Shown here in pieces: positions 1-4,270 of a stretch of 4,270 nucleotides of DNA. Numbering within the stretch: the stretch's first letter is position 1; each line of letters begins with the position of its first letter. The notes beneath the pieces are model-generated. The model saw only the letters and a program-made list of their open reading frames with translations. It was not told the origin of the DNA and ran no database searches. A program made the position numbers and the translations under genes. Origin of the DNA: a virus (lineage: Duplodnaviria; Heunggongvirae; Uroviricota; Caudoviricetes); the IMG/VR virus record IMGVR_UViG_2711768074_000007, positions 1 to 4,270 of that record, one strand, 5' to 3'.

Positions 1-132
1 GTTGGTACGGGATGCTATCACGGCGATGCCCTGACGGTTTATCCCTACACCCCGGAGTCCATTATTGTCGAAGGGGATTATTTCCCTGCCCCAGCCATTC
101 ATTTAATTGATAATCTGAGAGTAAACGCATGA
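1..132 (+). CDS. 3' end of upstream late gene (partial; probably a baseplate protein by P2-like gene order). Frame 1 is open from the window edge to TGA at 130..132
   Basis: Frame 1 has no stop from position 1 until TGA at 130-132, which overlaps the tail fibre ATG (ATGA overlap at 129-132), typical of coupled phage late genes. No start codon in window. Product is inferred only from position upstream of the fibre gene. Confidence 0.4.
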   Translation, partial: VGTGCYHGDALTVYPYTPESIIVEGDYFPAPAIHLIDNLRVNA

Positions 133-1694
133 CAGTGAAATACTACGCCATTCTGACTAATCAGGGCGCGGCACGACTGGCTAACGCGACGATGCTCGGC
201 AGTAAGCTGAATCTGACGCAAATGGCCGTTGGTGATGCAAATGGTGTGTTACCAACACCAGACCCTGCACAAACAAAACTGATTAACCAGAAACGCATTG
301 CACCGCTGAATCTTCTGAGTGTTGACCCTAACAATCAGAGCCAGATTATTGCGGAGCAAATCATCCCTGAAAACGAGGGAGGATTCTGGATCCGTGAGAT
401 TGGTCTTTATGATGATGAAGGTGTACTCATTGCGGTGGCAAACTGCCCGGAAACGTACAAACCGCAGTTGCAGGAAGGCAGTGGACGCACCCAGACTATC
501 CGCATGATTCTGGTTGTCACGAACACCGAAGCCATCACGCTGAAAATCGACCCGTCTGTGGTTCTGGCAACCCGCAAATATGTGGATGATAAAATATCAG
601 AGCACGAACAGTCACGACGTCACCCGGACGCCTCGCTGACCGTAAAAGGTTTTACTCAGTTAAGCAGTGCAATTAACAGTGAATCAGAAACACTGGCCGC
701 AACACCGAAAGCGGTTAAGGCTGCATATGACCTGGCTAACGAGAAATATACCGCCCAGAACGCCACCACTACACAAAAAGGGATTGTTCAGCTCAGTAGC
801 GCCACGAACAGCACGTCTGAAACACTGGCAGCGACACCAAAAGCTGTTAAGGCGGTAATGGATGAAACGAACAAGAAAGCACCATTAAACAGCCCGGCAC
901 TGACCGGAACGCCAACAACACCAACAGCGCCACAGGGGACTAATAGTACCCAGATCGCAAGCACGGCTTTCGTTATGGCCGCGATTGCCGCACTTGTAGA
1001 TTCGTCACCTGATGCACTGAACACGCTGAACGAACTGGCTGCGGCGCTGGGCAATGACCCGAATTTTGCGACCACCATGACTAACGCGCTTGCGGGTAAG
1101 CAACCGAAGGATGCCACCCTGACGGCGCTGGCGGAGCTTGCTACATCAGCAGATAAACTCCCATATTTTACAGGGGCAGATCGTGCCGCGTTAACCGCGT
1201 TGACAAGTGTTGGACGTGCCATTCTTGGTAAAACCAGCACTCAGGGAGTTCTTGATTACCTTGGTTTGGGAGAAGGCTCTGCATTACCGGTTGGGGTGCC
1301 TGTTCCGTGGCCTTCAGCCACTCCGCCAACGGGCTGGCTGAAATGTAACGGTGCAGCATTTTCTTCTGAAATGTATCCCAGACTGGCAAGGGCTTATCCC
1401 ACCAATAAATTACCGGATTTACGCGGTGAATTTATCCGTGGCTGGGATGATGGGCGCGGGATTGATGCGGGACGTACCCTGCTTTCAGGGCAGGATGGTA
1501 CAAGTTTTTCTCATTACGGAGGTAATTTCGACATTGGGTCTGGTCATTCAATCAATAACTATGACCAAATTGTTTCTAACCAACCAGGCTTTTCCCGTTT
1601 TTCATTTGCAGGGCCTTCACGAGGCGGTGGGGTTAATTATGTAACCATTCGTCCTCGTAATATTGCGTTTAATTACATCGTAAGGGCAGCATGA
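129..1694 (+). CDS. Tail fibre protein, P2 gpH-like. Constant shaft is codons 1-378 (129..1262); the C-terminal ~143 codons (1263..1691) are variable tip cassette V1, currently expressed
   Basis: 521-aa ORF. N-terminal region (MTVKYYAILTNQGAARLANAT...MAVGDANG...GFWIREIGLYDDEGVLIAVAN) and repeated QLSSA(I/T)NS(E/T)SETLAATPKAVKA motifs match what I recall of P2 H / Mu S type tail fibres. C-terminus contains the LPDLRGEFIRGWDDGRG motif shared by all cassettes in the window. Confidence 0.92.
   Translation: MTVKYYAILTNQGAARLANATMLGSKLNLTQMAVGDANGVLPTPDPAQTKLINQKRIAPLNLLSVDPNNQSQIIAEQIIPENEGGFWIREIGLYDDEGVLIAVANCPETYKPQLQEGSGRTQTIRMILVVTNTEAITLKIDPSVVLATRKYVDDKISEHEQSRRHPDASLTVKGFTQLSSAINSESETLAATPKAVKAAYDLANEKYTAQNATTTQKGIVQLSSATNSTSETLAATPKAVKAVMDETNKKAPLNSPALTGTPTTPTAPQGTNSTQIASTAFVMAAIAALVDSSPDALNTLNELAAALGNDPNFATTMTNALAGKQPKDATLTALAELATSADKLPYFTGADRAALTALTSVGRAILGKTSTQGVLDYLGLGEGSALPVGVPVPWPSATPPTGWLKCNGAAFSSEMYPRLARAYPTNKLPDLRGEFIRGWDDGRGIDAGRTLLSGQDGTSFSHYGGNFDIGSGHSINNYDQIVSNQPGFSRFSFAGPSRGGGVNYVTIRPRNIAFNYIVRAA
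1249..1274 (+). other. Crossover site 1 (Gin/Hin/Cin-type 26-bp site, direct orientation, core TT at 1261-1262) at the constant/variable junction of the tail fibre gene
   Basis: ttcttgattacc-tt-ggtttgggagaa: 12-bp half-sites around a 2-bp core. Inner half ggtttgggagaa is identical to the inner half of site 5 in inverted orientation. Identity with the other repeat copies begins exactly at the core. Falls in the Y-L-G-L-G-E codons. Confidence 0.65.
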
Positions 1695-1722
1695 AAACGT
1701 TGGTTTGGGGGAAGGCTCTGCG
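1261..1722. repeat. Left copy of a ~462-bp inverted repeat (core of site 1 through V1 and site 2)
   Basis: By eye, identical to the reverse complement of 3719..4180; the embedded ORFs 1351..1644(+) and 3796..4089(-) translate to the same 97 aa, and V1 equals V5 at protein level. Confidence 0.8.
1688..1713 (+). other. Crossover site 2 (direct orientation, core TT at 1700-1701); overlaps the V1 stop codon and the start of cassette V2
   Basis: agcatgaaaacg-tt-ggtttgggggaa. Left half carries the TGA stop of the tail fibre gene (gca gca tga); right half encodes G-L-G-E of cassette V2. Confidence 0.65.
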
Positions 1723-2163
1723 TTGCCCGTTGGTGTGCCCGTTCCATGGCCCTCAGCCACGCCGCCAACGGGGTGGCTGAAATGTAACGGCGCAGCATTT
1801 TCTTCTGAAATGTACCCCAATCTGGCAAAGGCCTACCCCACCAATAAATTACCGGATTTACGCGGTGAATTTATCCGTGGCTGGGATGATGGGCGCGGGG
1901 TGGATGCCGGAAGGGGCATCTTAAGCATGCAGGGGTGGTTAACAGGAAGTCATTATCATAATATTCGGTCATGGGATGCGTGGGATAACACGGTGCTGGT
2001 GCCAAATGACAAAGGAGGGGATAGTCTGTTGTCGACAGATAACGCCGTCCGGCAAGGTGCAATTAACGGTAGATTTACCAGTCAATACAGAACTGAATCC
2101 TCAGAGGGGAATGAAACCCGCCCACGCAATATTGCCTTCAATTATATTGTGAGAACCGCATAA
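1705..2163 (+). CDS. Silent alternative tail-fibre tip cassette V2 (no ATG and no ribosome-binding site of its own; would be expressed only after DNA rearrangement fuses it to the constant part)
   Basis: Open frame begins just after an in-frame TAA at 1681-1683; the ORF track starts it at TTG 1705. N-terminal 65 aa are nearly identical to V1 (GEGSALPVGVPVPWPSATPPTGWLKCNGAAFSSEMYP...DLRGEFIRGWDDGRG); C-terminus is ETRPRNIAFNYIVRTA; the middle is divergent. Confidence 0.8.
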   Translation: MGEGSALPVGVPVPWPSATPPTGWLKCNGAAFSSEMYPNLAKAYPTNKLPDLRGEFIRGWDDGRGVDAGRGILSMQGWLTGSHYHNIRSWDAWDNTVLVPNDKGGDSLLSTDNAVRQGAINGRFTSQYRTESSEGNETRPRNIAFNYIVRTA

Positions 2164-2774
2164 TGAATAACGCGATATTAAATGATGACCTTATTGCCGT
2201 ACAGGCAGGAAACATCGTCGTTTATAACTATGATGGTGAGACACGGGAATATATTTCCGAATCAACTGAATATCTTGCTGTGGGTGTCGGTATTCCGGTA
2301 AATTCCTGTTTAGATGCCCCGGGCGCACATAAAGCGGGCTATGCTATCCGCCGTTCGGAGAATTTAAGTTCATGGGAGTATGCGCCAGACCATCGTGGTG
2401 AAACCGTCTATAGCACTGACACGGGAAACACCGAAGAAATCACGGCGCTGGGTGACTACCCGAAAAATACAACCACTATCGCCCCGTTAACACCATACGA
2501 TAAATGGGATGGTGAAAAATGGGTGACAGATACTGAGGCACAACATCGTGCCGCAGTAGAAGCGGCAGAAACCAAGCGTCAGTCACTGGCTGATGCGGCA
2601 ATGGCTTCCATAAGTCTGATTCAGTTGAAGTTGCAGGCCGGGCGGAAGTTGACGCAGGCAGAAACCACCCGGCTTAATGCCGTGCTGGATTATATAGACG
2701 CGCTGAACGCAATGGATATAAACATGGCACCAGATATCAACTTGCCGGAAATACCACTGGCAGCAGCCAGTTGA
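2163..2774 (+). CDS. Tail fibre assembly chaperone (Tfa / P2 gpG / Mu U-like), cognate to cassette V2
   Basis: 203-aa ORF whose ATG overlaps the V2 stop (TAATG at 2161-2165). Position immediately downstream of a fibre tip, and its size, fit tail-fibre assembly proteins; family assignment is from memory, not a search. Confidence 0.7.
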   Translation: MNNAILNDDLIAVQAGNIVVYNYDGETREYISESTEYLAVGVGIPVNSCLDAPGAHKAGYAIRRSENLSSWEYAPDHRGETVYSTDTGNTEEITALGDYPKNTTTIAPLTPYDKWDGEKWVTDTEAQHRAAVEAAETKRQSLADAAMASISLIQLKLQAGRKLTQAETTRLNAVLDYIDALNAMDINMAPDINLPEIPLAAAS

Positions 2775-2780
2775 ATATAA

Positions 2781-3257
2781 CTAAGCCGCCCTTACGATAT
2801 AGTTAAATGCAATATTGCGGGGGCGGGTTTCACTACCACCTGTGTTACCAATACTTCCTCGTGAATGAAGCGTTGGTGATGGAATCAAACTCCCTCCTGT
2901 ATTTGTGGCATCAAGCCCCCTGCCTTGCGTATATGTTTTTTTGAAAATCGTGGCCAACTCCCATTCATCCTTTGTGTCATATCCATCGTTAGCTACAACA
3001 ATATGGCGGTGTTTTTCCAACATCCCGTTTTGAATGCTCAATAAAGCGCGTGCCGCATCAATTCCTCGCCCATCATCCCAGCCACGGATAAATTCACCGC
3101 GTAAATCCGGTAATTTATTGGTGGGGTAGGCCTTTGCCAGATTGGGGTACATTTCAGAAGAAAATGCTGCACCGTTACATTTCAGCCACCCCGTTGGCGG
3201 CGTGGCTGAGGGCCATGGAACGGGCACACCAACGGGCAGCGCAGAGCCTTCCCCCAA
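2781..3257 (-). CDS. Silent alternative tail-fibre tip cassette V3 (inverted orientation)
   Basis: Minus-strand ORF with the same conserved N-module (GEGSALPVGVPVPWPSATPPTGWLKCNGAAFSSEMYPNLAKAYPTNKLPDLRGEFIRGWDDGRG) and C-terminus (ETRPRNIAFNYIVRAA), with a unique middle. Begins at crossover site 3; no ATG. Confidence 0.8.
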   Translation of the reverse strand: MGEGSALPVGVPVPWPSATPPTGWLKCNGAAFSSEMYPNLAKAYPTNKLPDLRGEFIRGWDDGRGIDAARALLSIQNGMLEKHRHIVVANDGYDTKDEWELATIFKKTYTQGRGLDATNTGGSLIPSPTLHSRGSIGNTGGSETRPRNIAFNYIVRAA

Positions 3258-3273
3258 ACCAACGTTTTCATGC
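3248..3273 (-). other. Crossover site 3 (inverted orientation, core AA on the plus strand at 3260-3261)
   Basis: ttcccccaaacc-aa-cgttttcatgct; its reverse complement is identical to site 2. Overlaps the start of V3 and the stop of V4. Confidence 0.65.
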
Positions 3274-3735
3274 TGCCCTTACGATGTAATTAAACGCAAT
3301 GTTATGGGGGCGTGTTTCAGATGCTGTGCGAACTGAGCGAGAGGCGTCGAATGCCCATACAGAAGCACCATATCCTTCAATGATCTCAGTTGGTTGTAAG
3401 CCTACTGATAATATAGAGTCAGTTTGACTAAATGGTCCTGAATTAAGCGCATCTTCAAAAAGCTGAGTACGCCCAAAAGTGCCAACTATATTCTGAATAG
3501 CGTCAGACTGTGCAGACAGTAGGTTGCGCCCATTATCAACGCCCCGTCCGTCATCCCAGCCGCGAATAAATTCGCCCCGTAAATCCGGTAATTTATTGGT
3601 GGGGTAGGCCTTTGCCAGATTGGGGTACATTTCAGAAGAAAATGCTGCGCCGTTACATTTCAGCCACCCCGTTGGCAGCGTGGCTGAGGGCCATGGAACG
3701 GGCACACCAACGGGCAGCGCAGAGCCTTCCCCCAA
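3268..3735 (-). CDS. Silent alternative tail-fibre tip cassette V4 (inverted orientation)
   Basis: Minus-strand ORF with conserved N-module (one substitution, SATLPTGW) and conserved C-terminus (ETRPHNIAFNYIVRAA), with a unique middle that looks AT-richer by eye. Begins at crossover site 4. Confidence 0.8.
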   Translation of the reverse strand: MGEGSALPVGVPVPWPSATLPTGWLKCNGAAFSSEMYPNLAKAYPTNKLPDLRGEFIRGWDDGRGVDNGRNLLSAQSDAIQNIVGTFGRTQLFEDALNSGPFSQTDSILSVGLQPTEIIEGYGASVWAFDASRSVRTASETRPHNIAFNYIVRAA

Positions 3736-3752
3736 ACCAACGTTTTCATGCT
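3727..3752 (-). other. Crossover site 4 (inverted orientation, core AA at 3739-3740)
   Basis: ttcccccaaacc-aa-cgttttcatgct, identical to site 3. Overlaps the start of V4 and the stop of V5. Confidence 0.65.
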
Positions 3753-4174
3753 GCCCTTACGATGTAATTAAACGCAATATTACGAGGACGAATGGTTACA
3801 TAATTAACCCCACCGCCTCGTGAAGGCCCTGCAAATGAAAAACGGGAAAAGCCTGGTTGGTTAGAAACAATTTGGTCATAGTTATTGATTGAATGACCAG
3901 ACCCAATGTCGAAATTACCTCCGTAATGAGAAAAACTTGTACCATCCTGCCCTGAAAGCAGGGTACGTCCCGCATCAATCCCGCGCCCATCATCCCAGCC
4001 ACGGATAAATTCACCGCGTAAATCCGGTAATTTATTGGTGGGATAAGCCCTTGCCAGTCTGGGATACATTTCAGAAGAAAATGCTGCACCGTTACATTTC
4101 AGCCAGCCCGTTGGCGGAGTGGCTGAAGGCCACGGAACAGGCACCCCAACCGGTAATGCAGAGCCTTCTCCCAA
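3746..4174 (-). CDS. Silent tip cassette V5 (inverted orientation); protein identical to the currently expressed V1
   Basis: Translation from the TTG at 4174..4172 gives GEGSALPVGVPVPWPSATPPTGW...GGGVNYVTIRPRNIAFNYIVRAA, identical to residues 382-521 of the 129..1694 product. The ORF track extends the frame upstream to an ATG at 4231, which I treat as a fortuitous extension through site 5. Confidence 0.8.
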   Translation of the reverse strand: MGEGSALPVGVPVPWPSATPPTGWLKCNGAAFSSEMYPRLARAYPTNKLPDLRGEFIRGWDDGRGIDAGRTLLSGQDGTSFSHYGGNFDIGSGHSINNYDQIVSNQPGFSRFSFAGPSRGGGVNYVTIRPRNIAFNYIVRAA

Positions 4175-4191
4175 ACCAACGTTTTCGTCTT
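4166..4191 (-). other. Crossover site 5 (inverted orientation, core AA at 4178-4179); outermost site next to the invertase gene
   Basis: ttctcccaaacc-aa-cgttttcgtctt. Inner half ttctcccaaacc is the exact reverse complement of the inner half of site 1; the outer half differs from sites 3 and 4. Confidence 0.65.
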
Positions 4192-4230
4192 TATCCCTAC
4201 CTATACCAACTATGTATTTTTCACGAAACA

Positions 4231-4237
4231 AAGAGGA
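4231..4237 (+). promoter_or_regulatory. Shine-Dalgarno sequence (aagagga) for the invertase gene
   Basis: Purine-rich aagagga lies 8-9 nt upstream of the ATG at 4246. Confidence 0.5.
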
Positions 4238-4245
4238 TGTTTTTT

Positions 4246-4270
4246 ATGCAAATTGGCTATATTCGTGTGT
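4246..4270 (+). CDS. 5' end (8 codons) of a probable serine DNA invertase (Gin/Cin/Pin/Hin family); partial, runs off the window
   Basis: MQIGYIRV matches the characteristic N-terminus of serine invertases (M-x-IGY-x-RVS, with the catalytic Ser expected one or two codons past the window end). Good ribosome-binding site. Sits immediately beside an array of Gin-type crossover sites in tail fibre genes. Confidence 0.6.

Larger units (their letters stand above)
3719..4180. repeat. Right copy of the ~462-bp inverted repeat (site 4 through V5 to the core of site 5)
   Basis: Reverse complement matches 1261..1722 by eye; identical translated ORFs on the opposite strands. Confidence 0.8.

Noticed and set aside
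319-1389. Short ORFs inside or antisense to the tail fibre gene (319..507+, 667..858+, 788..1240-, 1168..1389-)
   Set aside because: All are embedded in the long, well-supported 521-aa fibre ORF in other frames or on the opposite strand, with no ribosome-binding site or recognisable motifs; typical overlapping noise ORFs.
1871-2062. 63-aa minus-strand ORF inside cassette V2
   Set aside because: Antisense to a cassette with clear homology to the other tips; no support.
2775-2835. Possible GC-rich hairpin terminator after the chaperone gene (gccgccc ... gggggcggg)
   Set aside because: The two GC-rich arms are ~27 nt apart and imperfectly complementary, and the sequence is the coding 3' end of cassette V3 (codons for RAA-stop), so it is not a convincing intrinsic terminator.
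1351-4089. Repeated antisense or alternate-frame ORFs that recur across cassettes (1351..1644+ and 3796..4089-; 1617..1820-, 3142..3336+, 3620..3823+, all starting MGYISEENAAPLHF...)
   Set aside because: Their conservation is fully explained by the nucleotide repeats of the cassette N-modules and the 462-bp inverted repeat; they overlap the better-supported cassette frames, so there is no independent evidence that they are genes.
1261-4180. Insertion sequence or transposon bounded by the long inverted repeats
   Set aside because: The inverted repeats are coding copies of a fibre tip and contain invertase crossover sites; there is no transposase ORF and no target-site duplication.
1249-4191. 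CRISPR array (regularly recurring conserved repeats)
   Set aside because: Repeat units are ~200 bp, protein-coding, spaced ~440-490 bp apart and present in both orientations; nothing like short direct repeats with unique spacers.
4175-4231. N-terminal extension of the V5 ORF to an ATG at 4231 (MFREKYIVGIGRDKDENV...), suggesting a free-standing 161-aa protein
   Set aside because: The extension runs through crossover site 5 into the invertase promoter and ribosome-binding region on the opposite strand, has no ribosome-binding site of its own, and the analogous cassettes V3 and V4 have no such start; most likely a fortuitous open frame.
1249-4270. R64-type shufflon (tyrosine recombinase Rci with 19-bp sfx repeats)
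   Set aside because: The sites are 26 bp with Gin/Hin-type half-sites and a 2-bp core, the adjacent gene starts with the serine-invertase MxIGYxRV motif, and the substrate is a phage tail fibre rather than a pilus tip adhesin.

Overview
This window is the tail-fibre end of a P2-family phage or prophage late region, probably enterobacterial, and it carries a multi-site DNA-inversion switch for the fibre tip. Layout: (1) the 3' end of an upstream gene (1..132); (2) a 521-aa tail fibre gene (129..1694) with a constant part (codons 1-378) and a ~143-codon variable receptor-binding tip, V1; (3) a silent tip cassette V2 (1705..2163) translationally coupled to a tail-fibre assembly chaperone gene (2163..2774); (4) three further silent tip cassettes on the minus strand, arranged head-to-tail: V3 (2781..3257), V4 (3268..3735), V5 (3746..4174); (5) the first 8 codons of a probable serine DNA invertase (4246..4270, MQIGYIRV). 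Five 26-bp Gin/Hin/Cin-type crossover sites sit exactly at the constant/variable junction and at the start of each cassette: two direct (core TT) at 1249..1274 and 1688..1713, three inverted (core AA) at 3248..3273, 3727..3752 and 4166..4191. Every inversion between a direct and an inverted site gives an in-frame fusion. V1 and V5 are identical because they lie in a ~462-bp inverted repeat (1261..1722 vs 3719..4180). All of this is read by eye from the sequence and from remembered family features; no searches were run.
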